From positions 192,001 through 256,000 of the forward strand of contig OZ244960.1 in NCBI GenBank assembly GCA_965222605.1: 64,000 bases of DNA, in the 5' to 3' direction. The DNA comes from Candidatus Latescibacterota bacterium. Lineage in GTDB: Bacteria; Latescibacterota; UBA2968. The position numbers were made by a program, and so were the translations under genes. The notes below the pieces were generated by a model. That model was not told the origin of the DNA. It ran no database searches and saw only the letters and a list, made by a program, of their open reading frames with translations. Shown here piece after piece: positions 9,315 through 19,356 of this stretch; position 1 is the first letter of the stretch; each line of letters begins with the position of its first letter.

Positions 9315-10172
9315 TTATGAGGTCTCCGATATCATTAGTTTGTGTAACCCTGCGCCAAGGGCAAGGGCAAATCTGCTCGCGTGTCCGAGTTTTGCGCGAT
9401 CTCGTTTTGGCAACTTCGCGGTATCTATGCCGCGAAATATTGGATGATCCACAAGGCTGAGGTCGGCTGGTGGATCAATGGGCGGTATGTCCCCCGATAG
9501 ATAAACCCGTTTGCAGGGGCGGTGCGGAGAACTGGCGAGAGAGAGCCAGCGTTGTAAATTTGAAGCATCAGGACCTGCTGTTTCAACGCCGATTAAAATA
9601 CCATTTTCAACGGAAATATAAAAAGATCCAGCAGGATCTCTGTGAACAGCCATTTGCCTACCCGACTCCCATACGCGAGCGGGTAGTCCCGAACAAAATA
9701 GAGCCAGCGGAGCGACACAGAGATGCATGCGGTTTCCGCCCAGCGCCGAGCACAGGGTTTCGTGTGCGTCAATCACTCCGTTGCGTACTGCGGTCCAAAA
9801 AGCCACGCGCCCCACCGGAATAAAGTCAATCGCGCTATTGTCAACAGGAGAAATGAGTGTCTGCGATGCTTCCCATAAAATCTGCTCGCGGCGGTCTTCT
9901 TCTCCCACGACTTCGAGAGGAACTTTTTGGATGTGATACAGACCACCCGAAAGAGAAAAAGAAAGCGTGCCGAGCGGTTTTGGCAGGCTCTCAAGCGCTT
10001 GCCTCAATTCCTCAACAAAGGATTCAGGCACTTCTTTTTCGGGATCAAAATCAAAAACCTCCGATACGCGCTGGTTAATCAGGCCCTTGAGATAATACGC
10101 ATTATCCAATTTTTCAAGGTGGGCCAAGCACAAGGTGTTGCCCGAAATATGAATACCCGTCGCTGTACTCAT
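9315..10172 (-). CDS. Hypothetical protein, weak PilM/actin-like fold resemblance
   Basis: TGIHISG N-terminal strand, EQILWEA, VYLSG, ALALGAGL pattern typical of PilM-like proteins; translationally coupled to comEA. Confidence 0.45.
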   Translation of the reverse strand: MSTATGIHISGNTLCLAHLEKLDNAYYLKGLINQRVSEVFDFDPEKEVPESFVEELRQALESLPKPLGTLSFSLSGGLYHIQKVPLEVVGEEDRREQILWEASQTLISPVDNSAIDFIPVGRVAFWTAVRNGVIDAHETLCSALGGNRMHLCVAPLALFCSGLPARVWESGRQMAVHRDPAGSFYISVENGILIGVETAGPDASNLQRWLSLASSPHRPCKRVYLSGDIPPIDPPADLSLVDHPIFRGIDTAKLPKRDRAKLGHASRFALALGAGLHKLMISETS

Positions 10173-10546
10173 GGCGTGCTCATCGTAAGGTACGGACGCA
10201 AACGCTCAAGGGTTTTGGGACCAATACCCCTGACCTTTGTAATATCGTCAACGCGCTTAAATGCCCCATTCTCCTCTCGATAGGCCACAATGCGCCCCGC
10301 AATTTGAGGCCCAATACGGGGCAGGCGCTCAAACTCATTTGCCGTTGCCCGGTTAATATCGATCAATTCCCTCACCGGAGAAACACTTTCTTTTGGCGAT
10401 GGGACTTCCACCGCATCTTTACGCACTTCAAAATCGGGAATGCGATCCGGATCTTTACTGTCGAGATAACGGATAACAATCCCCACAATAAGAACGCAGC
10501 AAAGCAGCAATAAAATAATTTGTTCGTTGCGGTTAAAAGTGAACAT
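10169..10546 (-). CDS. comEA: ComEA-family helix-hairpin-helix DNA-binding membrane protein
   Basis: N-terminal TM; IDINRATA, LPRIGPQIAGRIVAYR, VRGIGPKTLERLR. Confidence 0.85.
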   Translation of the reverse strand: MFTFNRNEQIILLLLCCVLIVGIVIRYLDSKDPDRIPDFEVRKDAVEVPSPKESVSPVRELIDINRATANEFERLPRIGPQIAGRIVAYREENGAFKRVDDITKVRGIGPKTLERLRPYLTMSTP

Positions 10547-10558
10547 AGAAAAGTCTAA

Positions 10559-13500
10559 TTATTGAAATCCGATTTCACCCCAGAATCGGAAATCCCAGGT
10601 CACATTGGTGAGTTCCCGCAGTTCGTCTTTGCGCCGTTCATGGCGAAACGTGGTGCCGCCTGTAAATCGCGAGCTAAAGGCATATTGCGTGCCCAAGCTG
10701 ACAGACCATGATGTCGAGTTTTGGCGGATAATGGGTTCGGCTGGCACATCGGGTTCGGCACTTCGGGGAATTTCGGTCTGTGTATTCAAATTGCGCGAAA
10801 AGGAAAGCGTAAGGTCGAGAGTGCGCTGAAATTTTCCGCGCAGCGAATAGCGCATATCTGCTTGCAATGTGCCATTTTCCGTCAAAGTGGTCCCAATCAG
10901 GCGGTCGGCAAGAGTCGGTTGGACAGAAGTTGTATCGACAGTCACATTGCGCTGGTAGCGGATTTCGTCATTACGGCTTTGGCGGCGGCTAAATGTCGTA
11001 TTCACATCCCCTTTCCAGCGCGCGCTCCACTGAAAAAGTGGATTATAGGATATTTCTGTGGCATCGCTTGTCAGATAAAGCGGCGAGAGACTGAGACTTC
11101 CATCACCGCGTCGGTTGCGCGATTCCTGGTACCCGAAACTGGCATTGGAACTGACCCAAAACCAGCCGATCAAAGGCACGCGTTCGAGACCGCGCCAACT
11201 CGCGTCAAATTTGGGAAAAACGACCTGATCGTCTTTGCCGAGCGTATTGCCAGTACGTTCGTTTTCGGAATAATTGGCAGAGGTGTTGAAATTCAGACCC
11301 AGAGGTAGTCGGATACCACTGGATACCTGCGCCTGCCTTCGCACATTGACAGCATTGGTTCTCGTTCCCGTACTCGCAACTACAATGGGGACCTGGACCG
11401 TATCTTGAAAGCCAAATTGATAGGCCAAAGAGGGGCGGGCTGTGAGGCCAAATAAATTATTTGATTTATTCTGAGAAACACTGCTCGTCACATTCTGAAG
11501 GCGCCCCCCCACTTTTCCAATCCATTGCAAAATGGAAAAACCATCTTTACCGGATTTGCGTGTCCAGCGTTGAAACAAGCCGGGCAGGTTGAGATTGACA
11601 CGCGCATTCGCCGTTTGCTGGCTATTGACAGTAAGGCCGCGCCGAATGCTGCCGTACTGCACGCGATTACCACCGATCTCAAAGCGATCCGTGTAAGTAG
11701 CCGAATACGACGGATTCACAGTAATCCAGCTGGAAATACGCGGCGCAAATCTGAAGTTGAGCGATTGGTTGCGCGATACTTCACGCCCAAATTGGAGTTG
11801 CGTCAGGGCGTATCCATTTCGCAAATCGCGGTTGATAGTGAGCGAATAATCGGCATTTAGACTGCGAAATGGCGAGAGTTTAATGGCGTAACTTTCGGTC
11901 AGATTGAAGGTTTCTCGAACTGTATCAATCACATTTGAAGTATCGCCCGCGATGGCGCGAAATGAAGTTTGATCCGACACCCCGCGATTAAAACGCAGGT
12001 TGTAATTAATACTGGTGGGCAGGTAAAAAAACTGCGCCTCTTTGAGCGGTTTGTAAAAGGGGAGCCACTTAAAAATGGCGATAGCTTCGCGCTGAGACCA
12101 CGCCTGGTTATAGGTCATATTGCCGTTTAAGTTCTGATTCTGGCTTTGCCTGCGCTGTGTGATCGCGCCCGTTGTGGATGCGTCAGAACTGTAGTTGAGT
12201 GACGTGGAGGCTTTGTCAAACAAAATGCGAGACAGCAGACTCGGGTCTTCGCGTGCTGGCCGTTTTCTCAGCGAAATAGTAAAGCGCGTCTGAGAGCGCA
12301 CATCGCTTTCGTTGATTTTTTGTTCAGGGGTGAGCACAATATCCGATCCCGGGCGAATGCGAGGGCTTGATGTAAAGCGGTTATAGCTGAATCGGACGGG
12401 CATGGAAGTATTCCATTCTTTGGGAAAGAATTTGTCGATATTGAGCTGGCTGTCAAAGTTGAAGCGCGTGGTGGTGGTGCCGGAAGCCCGGCCTTGCAGG
12501 TCTTGAAAATCGCCACTTCTGCGTTCCAGATTGACCGTTAAATTGCCTAGATCGGCGAGGGTTATGCGCGTGTTAGCCAGGGCAGATAAGGCGGGTTTTT
12601 TGCGGATTTCATCAACGCGCAATTCATCTATCCAAATCTCGCTCTCACCCATGAGAATCTCATCGCCGCGGTTGCGAATCCCCATAGTAAAGGCTCTGAT
12701 TGAAGACAGCGCGGGATTGCCGCGCACAATATAAGTGCGGCCATCTACGTCGATCTCAATGCGGTTGCCCTCTTTGTCGTAGTGGGCGAGAAAATCGCCA
12801 CGGCGAAGCGACACACTAACAGTATCAGATGCTTGCTCGATGGATTGAAGGTCCAATAATTGGCCTTTGAGTTGCGACATGATCTCGAGGTCTAAACGGA
12901 CGGTATTGGTTTCTTCTGCCCAGCCGCGATAAACCCGCGAGCGATATTCGTAAAAGTTGAGAGAATCGTCATTGATAGGGGCAAAGCGCATGAAAAATTC
13001 GATAGGACTGGGACCAGCGCTCAAGGAATCTGCGGCATCTGAAAAATTAGTATTATACGTTGGATCGGCCGGGTTGCCTCCGTGCAAAAACAGCGTCATA
13101 ACACCGTATTCGGTATAGTTCTCGCCATTGGCGAAGTTGCGGGATGCAGAGATGGATTCGCCCGGGTAGAGATCGACAAATTCGAGCACCAGAGAATTTT
13201 CAGACAAACGGATACCCGTGGTGGGATCAATTTCTCGATCGAGGCCGGGAGGGGACTCGTAAAAGGAATTGTTGGTGCCGATAGTCGAAACCTGAAAATC
13301 TCCCGACGACTGTCCGAAAGCGACCGGGTCTTCTTGCCATTCGCTACCAGTCGCGCTAAAAGTATAGATTTCGACAGAGGTGGTGTCGTTGTGTTCCAGC
13401 CAGACGCGCACAAAGTCAAGCCTGGCAAATGAGGTATCGGGACTGCCTTCAAAGATGCGAGGCGCGTCCTGCCCTTTGAGGGGAATACGCAATAAACGCC

Positions 13501-16500
13501 ATGGAGGATCTGTAATACCGCCCAATTCGGGGAAGAGATCGGATTCAGTGCCGGGTACAAGCGTAGATGGGCCAGTAAAAGTGCCCGATGCAGAGGACAG
13601 ACCCCGATTGCTGGACAAATCGACGCTATATCGGATAAAACTTTCGCGCTGGTCGAGAAAACCATTGCCGTTGAGGTCCTCGGTGTCGGGTCGAGATTGT
13701 CGCTCTGCTCTGTTGCCCTCTGTGCCATTGAGGCCAGAGGGATAGCGGCGCAGGATATCCGTCGTGTTTTGATCCACATCTTCAAAATTATCTCCCGAAG
13801 GATCGTTGGGCACGGTTACACCGGGAAATATTTTTCGAAAGATCTCGGTTTCTTCGGCACCGGTCAATCCATCCAGGCCAATATCCTCTTCGTCAATGAC
13901 GATATCGTCTCCTGTAGGCAAGCCGCCGATGGGTTTGTCTTCTGTGCGAAAACCACTTGGGAATCGCTCTCGGTCACTGGGATCGTTGTACATGGGGTGA
14001 TCGAGGGGCAGGCGAACGCGCTCAGATACATCGCCCAAATCGATGTGTAAATGCCCGTCGTTTCCCCGAATCCAGAGTTCGAGAAATTTAGACCTCGACA
14101 AATCGAGACCATTGACATAGCGCATAAGGCCCGCCCAGGATTGCTGGGGAATGCCATTTTCGTTGTTCTGTGAGCGAATGGGAAATCCATTGCTACGCGC
14201 GGGGTCAAATCGCAGTTTGAGAATATCGACAATGTCTTGTTCCGCGCTTATGTCATCGCGGGTAGGCTGAATTCGGGAAAGAGAGGCCCTGTCGCGGTCA
14301 ATGGGGTTATACCACGTAAGCCGCCCTTGTGGCAATGTGAGCGTTCTGTTGTTGCGGATGGGAACACTTGCGCGATTCCACCCGATTTTGCCAATCGCAA
14401 ATGCCGTACTGTTCAGAGCACCTTCAAAATCATCGATATAGGCCACATTTTTGGTGTTGGGATTTGGCAAACTCTGCGCGATTTCAAAGTCCATGTCGAT
14501 AGACGATGGTGCCTGCGTATTCACGAGGGGAATTGAATTGACGAGGTCGCTCAATAGTTTGGGTTGCATCCGGAAGCGCGCATTGGCATCCCACAAAATA
14601 GTGCGCGTGGGTTCCTGCCCAATCCGCACGCGCGGCGAGGCAGTGCTTTGAGTGCCGTAGAGCAAGGTCATGCCAATAAGAGAATACTGATCGTCAAAAG
14701 GTCGCTCGAGACGCACGCCCAAAAGGCTTTTGGACTGTCCAAAACCAAATTGGTCTTTGGTTTGATACGATATGTCCAGATCAGATGTGGGGTCTGACAC
14801 CTCGTTTTCGGCCTCGCCAATAAATTTCAAGCGGCCTGTCTGATAAATTATCGTGTAGTCTTCGTCCCGTTTCAAGGTACGGTTGTTCAGGCGCACGACT
14901 TCGCTGTTTTCAACCAGTCCGAGAAACCCGAGGTTAAATTCGGTCGATTGGCTCGTTGAACGCACCCGCAGAACATACCGCCCCGCTTCGGTGCGGTTCG
15001 CCGTGTTGGTCTCGTTGTAAATGCCCGGCACGCGCACCTCGAGGTCGGGCGCGCCCAAACCCTCCTCGCCAAAAGGCTCGAGAAAGGGAAAGACGAGATG
15101 CCCTCTGGCGAGGTTCAGACCGGGGAGATCATAGCCCGAGCCAATATCGATGAGCCGATCTGGCGGAGAAGATTCAGAAGACCCGTTGGTGTGCCGATCG
15201 AGGCCAAAAATTTCCAGGTATGACCTGCCTTCCTGATTATCCTGTGGATTTTCACCGGGCACATTGCGAAAGATGCCGACGAATAGGCCATTGGAATCAA
15301 TATTGCGCCCGCCAAGGCGATAAACATTGCGCCACGCAAGCCTCCAGGTCGGATCAGTAGGACGTTGTTGTCTGGCTTTGATGAGCTTGAGCTGAATTTT
15401 TTTGTCTGGATTTCCCGGATCGGGAATAAATTGTATGTCGCCAAAATTTTCACCCGACGCGGTTTGATAAGCCACCGCAAGCGTGTAGCCCCGCGAAATC
15501 GAACCGCGATCATGGATGAGATAGCCTTCGGGTAAAGGTGTAAATTCGGAGGGATCGAGTTCGTGAAACGTGCCTTCTTCAACGCCCTTATCAAAGCCGC
15601 GCGACGCCGCTTCATCTGGCGATCCATTGTTCCACACGAGGTATGCAACGCCGGAAATAGCCGAGTCTTCGAGGTCGTTTTGGGCGTTATAGTCGTTTGT
15701 GAATACGCGCACACTCTGCTCATTGACGCGATCGCCCGGCGCGGGGAACAAGCCATTGCGGAAATTTTCGCGATACGTGTTATCGAGAAAAAAGTAGGTG
15801 TTTTCGACATACCTGTAATCGGGGATTTCATTGGACGATTCTTCTCCTTGTCCCGTAAAGGTTTTGCGATCACTCGACGATTTATCCTGGGATGTGACAA
15901 CCGTAAAATTGATGGCACCAACCCGCCCCCGCGTTTTGATGCCAAATAATCCACCTCTGTTACCGCCGCTAAATCCAATCAGGCGCGTGCCGGGCAAAGC
16001 CAGCGACGTATTGCCCGCTTCTATAGTTTCAATAATACCGTCCTCATCGCCTTTGTACTGCAAGCGCAGGCCCTCGGTCAGATCAAAGCTCTGCTCGCTA
16101 TTTTGTTCCAGCGAAACCATGATCCGATCGCCAATGGTGCCTTCAACAGTGAGTTGGGCTTCTTGATCAAAATTGATGGTGGGAAAGCGCGATGTGCGCG
16201 TGAGAGCCGCTTGCGCCTGTCCCAAAGTGTATTGCGAGAGACCCGATAATTCGATGCGACGACGCCCCCGTATGGTGAGATTGGCATCTCCTTCCCCAGT
16301 AATAGCACTCAAACGCTGGGGGACGCGAATCGGTATTTTGACATCGATCATTCCCTCGCCTTCTCGGTCGTAATCCATCTTCCCACCCAATCGCTCCAGT
16401 GCAAGGCGATGAGCATCGTGATGAAAGACATAGCGCATAAAGTCGCTCAGACTGATAATCACCGGAAGGCCATAAGGCGCACCCCCCAGGTCGCGGAATA

Positions 16501-16738
16501 CCATAAGTGTATATTCAGTTTCCGTTTCTATCAGTTGCGCCGTGGGGGTCGCATAGGGGCGCCTTCGGGGAAAATAAGAAACAGATCCAGGTGTATCGCG
16601 CAAAAAGGCTTCAAGCGTTGATGTACCTATTTGCGGACGCAAACCCGGCGCGGCAAACGCAATACTCGGGCAGAAAACTGCAAGAAAAAATAAAACACTG
16701 AGGCCGCGTGACCACAGGTGAGTGTGAATAAACTTCAT
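10559..16738 (-). CDS. sprA: SprA/Sov-like T9SS translocon (cell surface protein SprA)
   Basis: 2059 aa; IEAGNTSL.LPG, GLFGIK, AYIDDFEG, PDTEDLNGNG.LD, IWIDELRV, long amphipathic beta-strand C-terminus. Confidence 0.85.
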   Translation of the reverse strand: MKFIHTHLWSRGLSVLFFLAVFCPSIAFAAPGLRPQIGTSTLEAFLRDTPGSVSYFPRRRPYATPTAQLIETETEYTLMVFRDLGGAPYGLPVIISLSDFMRYVFHHDAHRLALERLGGKMDYDREGEGMIDVKIPIRVPQRLSAITGEGDANLTIRGRRRIELSGLSQYTLGQAQAALTRTSRFPTINFDQEAQLTVEGTIGDRIMVSLEQNSEQSFDLTEGLRLQYKGDEDGIIETIEAGNTSLALPGTRLIGFSGGNRGGLFGIKTRGRVGAINFTVVTSQDKSSSDRKTFTGQGEESSNEIPDYRYVENTYFFLDNTYRENFRNGLFPAPGDRVNEQSVRVFTNDYNAQNDLEDSAISGVAYLVWNNGSPDEAASRGFDKGVEEGTFHELDPSEFTPLPEGYLIHDRGSISRGYTLAVAYQTASGENFGDIQFIPDPGNPDKKIQLKLIKARQQRPTDPTWRLAWRNVYRLGGRNIDSNGLFVGIFRNVPGENPQDNQEGRSYLEIFGLDRHTNGSSESSPPDRLIDIGSGYDLPGLNLARGHLVFPFLEPFGEEGLGAPDLEVRVPGIYNETNTANRTEAGRYVLRVRSTSQSTEFNLGFLGLVENSEVVRLNNRTLKRDEDYTIIYQTGRLKFIGEAENEVSDPTSDLDISYQTKDQFGFGQSKSLLGVRLERPFDDQYSLIGMTLLYGTQSTASPRVRIGQEPTRTILWDANARFRMQPKLLSDLVNSIPLVNTQAPSSIDMDFEIAQSLPNPNTKNVAYIDDFEGALNSTAFAIGKIGWNRASVPIRNNRTLTLPQGRLTWYNPIDRDRASLSRIQPTRDDISAEQDIVDILKLRFDPARSNGFPIRSQNNENGIPQQSWAGLMRYVNGLDLSRSKFLELWIRGNDGHLHIDLGDVSERVRLPLDHPMYNDPSDRERFPSGFRTEDKPIGGLPTGDDIVIDEEDIGLDGLTGAEETEIFRKIFPGVTVPNDPSGDNFEDVDQNTTDILRRYPSGLNGTEGNRAERQSRPDTEDLNGNGFLDQRESFIRYSVDLSSNRGLSSASGTFTGPSTLVPGTESDLFPELGGITDPPWRLLRIPLKGQDAPRIFEGSPDTSFARLDFVRVWLEHNDTTSVEIYTFSATGSEWQEDPVAFGQSSGDFQVSTIGTNNSFYESPPGLDREIDPTTGIRLSENSLVLEFVDLYPGESISASRNFANGENYTEYGVMTLFLHGGNPADPTYNTNFSDAADSLSAGPSPIEFFMRFAPINDDSLNFYEYRSRVYRGWAEETNTVRLDLEIMSQLKGQLLDLQSIEQASDTVSVSLRRGDFLAHYDKEGNRIEIDVDGRTYIVRGNPALSSIRAFTMGIRNRGDEILMGESEIWIDELRVDEIRKKPALSALANTRITLADLGNLTVNLERRSGDFQDLQGRASGTTTTRFNFDSQLNIDKFFPKEWNTSMPVRFSYNRFTSSPRIRPGSDIVLTPEQKINESDVRSQTRFTISLRKRPAREDPSLLSRILFDKASTSLNYSSDASTTGAITQRRQSQNQNLNGNMTYNQAWSQREAIAIFKWLPFYKPLKEAQFFYLPTSINYNLRFNRGVSDQTSFRAIAGDTSNVIDTVRETFNLTESYAIKLSPFRSLNADYSLTINRDLRNGYALTQLQFGREVSRNQSLNFRFAPRISSWITVNPSYSATYTDRFEIGGNRVQYGSIRRGLTVNSQQTANARVNLNLPGLFQRWTRKSGKDGFSILQWIGKVGGRLQNVTSSVSQNKSNNLFGLTARPSLAYQFGFQDTVQVPIVVASTGTRTNAVNVRRQAQVSSGIRLPLGLNFNTSANYSENERTGNTLGKDDQVVFPKFDASWRGLERVPLIGWFWVSSNASFGYQESRNRRGDGSLSLSPLYLTSDATEISYNPLFQWSARWKGDVNTTFSRRQSRNDEIRYQRNVTVDTTSVQPTLADRLIGTTLTENGTLQADMRYSLRGKFQRTLDLTLSFSRNLNTQTEIPRSAEPDVPAEPIIRQNSTSWSVSLGTQYAFSSRFTGGTTFRHERRKDELRELTNVTWDFRFWGEIGFQ

Positions 16739-16947
16739 AAGGGGTTTGAGAAACAGTAGGAAAGTTGTATTAAGGAGCGGGTGATAGGTCGTTGAATAAT
16801 AGCATAAGCTACATGAAAGTCAAGGCAAAATCCGAGGAAATTGGTGGGAGCTAAAAATTGGAAAGCGCGTCTTTTTCTCAGAGCTAAAAAGTCGTATATT
16901 CGGTTGTATTTACAAAGTTGAACTCATTTTTTTTAAAAAGGTTCCCC

Positions 16948-18222
16948 ATGCGCTTGCGTCGGTATGTGCTATCCGAACTGATAATGCCATTTTTATTTAG
17001 TTTTTCCGTGATCATCTTTCTTCTGGTCATCGATCTCATTTTGCAAATGCTCGATCGCATTCTGGGAAAAGGCTTGCCCATAAGTGTGGTTTTTGAGTTA
17101 TTTTTTTTTAATACGGCCTGGATGATTGCCCTCGCTGTTCCGATGGCTGTGCTGGTCAGTACCCTGCTGGCATTTGGCCGTTTAAGTGCCGCGGGCGAAA
17201 TTGTGGCCATGCGAGCATTGGGCATTGGAATTCACCAGGTTGTAGGGCCGGTACTGCTCGTTGCCGCACTGCTGGGAATTGGGCTGGTGATTTTTAATGA
17301 TCGCGTTTTGCCCGAATTTAATCACCGCGCCCGCGTGTTGATGACAGACATTCACCGCAAACGCCCCGCGGTCGCACTGGCCGACAAGGCCGGTGTGATG
17401 ATTGGCGATTTCAAAAATTATCAGATTTTGTTTGATCGCGCCGATGCAGGCGGTAATATCCTTTACGATTTGCTGGTATATAGCTTTAATAGCGATGGGT
17501 TTCCCGAAACAGCAGTTGCCGATTCGGGCGTTGTCGAATTTGACGAAGCGCGAGACGAGGCCCTGCTCTATCTTTTTAATGGGGAAATGCACCGCATTGA
17601 TCCAGACGATCCCACAGTCTATGCGCTCACGACATTTGCCAAAGCCAGATTGTGGCTCGGAGATGCGGGCCATCAGTTGTCGCGGTCTTCATCGGCGTAT
17701 CGCAATGATCGAGAAATGGATATAGCCACCATGCGGCACCAAATTGCACAATACGAAAGCGAATTGCATCAGGCAAAGGTCAAAAGAGCAAATCTCCTGA
17801 ATGCTTTTGTACGCGAGGTCTTAATAGATTCCGCAGATACAAAACCCGTGCAGTCGTTGCGCGCTGTATTGGGGCGCATAGCAGCCGATACGCGGATTGC
17901 ACACCATAAGTTGAGAGCCGCAGACCGATTGCGTGTGGAAGTACACAAGAAATTTTCAATCCCCGCGGCCTGTGTGGCATTTGTGCTGGTGGGCGCGCCT
18001 CTCGGCGTGTGGGCGCGCAGCAGCAGTGCGGCAATTGGCGCAGCGATTAGCATTGGCTTTTTTTTGGTATGGTGGATTTTTCTTATCGGCGGTGAAAAAT
18101 TGGCCGACCGAGGTGTGCTCATGCCCTGGTTGGCGATGTGGATGCCCAATCTATTGACCGCTCTCGTCGGCGCTGTTCTATCTGCGCGGATTATCTGCGA
18201 GTGGGGCGTAAAAAGGAGATAG
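16948..18222 (+). CDS. lptF: LptF/LptG family LPS export permease
   Basis: RYVLSEL, LAVPMAVL, GEIVAMRALG, HKKFSIP, AMWMPN. Confidence 0.85.
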   Translation: MRLRRYVLSELIMPFLFSFSVIIFLLVIDLILQMLDRILGKGLPISVVFELFFFNTAWMIALAVPMAVLVSTLLAFGRLSAAGEIVAMRALGIGIHQVVGPVLLVAALLGIGLVIFNDRVLPEFNHRARVLMTDIHRKRPAVALADKAGVMIGDFKNYQILFDRADAGGNILYDLLVYSFNSDGFPETAVADSGVVEFDEARDEALLYLFNGEMHRIDPDDPTVYALTTFAKARLWLGDAGHQLSRSSSAYRNDREMDIATMRHQIAQYESELHQAKVKRANLLNAFVREVLIDSADTKPVQSLRAVLGRIAADTRIAHHKLRAADRLRVEVHKKFSIPAACVAFVLVGAPLGVWARSSSAAIGAAISIGFFLVWWIFLIGGEKLADRGVLMPWLAMWMPNLLTALVGAVLSARIICEWGVKRR

Positions 18223-18224
18223 CT

Positions 18225-19295
18225 GTGCGTATTTTGAGCCGCTATGTCGTCATCCAATTTGCAATGCCCTTTGGCGTCAGTTTGCTGGCTTTTGCCGTTG
18301 TTTTTGTCGTAATTGATCTGGTGGATCGCCTCAGCGCGTTCATAGACCGGGAAGTCGGCCTGGAAACAATTATATCTTATTATTTTTGCTATTTGCCCTA
18401 TATTGTCGTCCTCGTGCTTCCAATGGCAGTCTTGCTCGCGGGGTTGTTCTGCATGGGCGGGCTGATACAGCGCGGAGAATTGCTGGCAATGAAAAGTGCC
18501 GGCATCAGTCTTTATCAAGTCGTAATTCCATTGCAAATGCTGGCCCTTGGAATCAGTATTTTGGCCGCTGCGATGGCCGATCAAGTCGTGCCGCGAGCAA
18601 ATCGGGCGCGATCGAAAATCGAACAACCGCGCCAATCGGCAATAGGGCCTCAGTCCATCCGCGTGCAGATCGCGTTACGAGATACGGGCAGGCGCGTTTT
18701 GTCAATGAGGGAATACGACGCCACGGCCATGAAAGGGCGGCAGGTGATACTCGACAAATATGAAGGCGGGTCGCTCACAGAGCGCGTTCGCGCCGAAGAA
18801 GCAGTTTGGGCTACCGCAGAATGGCATTTTATGAACGGAGATCGGCGCGTATTTTCAGATGGAAAAGAATTTTATCGCGCATTTCGCGTGTGGGCGGCGA
18901 AAGATGTGACCCTGACGCCCGAAGATCTCGTACGCGATGTCGTGCCCGAAGATCAGATGACGTATTCGGAACTGACGAATTTTATCCATCGCAAATCGCG
19001 CAACGGCAGCCAGACGTTTCGAGAATCTGTGGCGCGTCACATGCGGTTGGCCTTTCCATTTGCGAACTTCGTTATCGCCCTCTTTGGCCTGCCTCTGGCC
19101 TCTCGTATGCGGCGAACGGGACGCCCCATTCAAATTGGCATGTGCTTGCTCATCTGTTTTGCCTTTTACGGATGTATCCAACTCGGGCGCGCCATGGGTT
19201 GGAACGATGTGCTATCCCCCGCCTGGGGCGCGTGGGGGGCAAATGCGATCTTTGGCACGATTGGGATTATCACGCTCCTCACAACGCGCAAATAG
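18225..19295 (+). CDS. lptG: LptF/LptG family LPS export permease
   Basis: GTG start after AGGAG; RILSRYV, GELLAMKSAGISL, RLAFPF, GAWGAN. Confidence 0.85.
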   Translation: MRILSRYVVIQFAMPFGVSLLAFAVVFVVIDLVDRLSAFIDREVGLETIISYYFCYLPYIVVLVLPMAVLLAGLFCMGGLIQRGELLAMKSAGISLYQVVIPLQMLALGISILAAAMADQVVPRANRARSKIEQPRQSAIGPQSIRVQIALRDTGRRVLSMREYDATAMKGRQVILDKYEGGSLTERVRAEEAVWATAEWHFMNGDRRVFSDGKEFYRAFRVWAAKDVTLTPEDLVRDVVPEDQMTYSELTNFIHRKSRNGSQTFRESVARHMRLAFPFANFVIALFGLPLASRMRRTGRPIQIGMCLLICFAFYGCIQLGRAMGWNDVLSPAWGAWGANAIFGTIGIITLLTTRK

Positions 19296-19356
19296 GGCCA
19301 GGGGGTGGGGGCTGGGGGTAATCCTGTACATCCTTTAATCCTGGAAATCCCGATCC

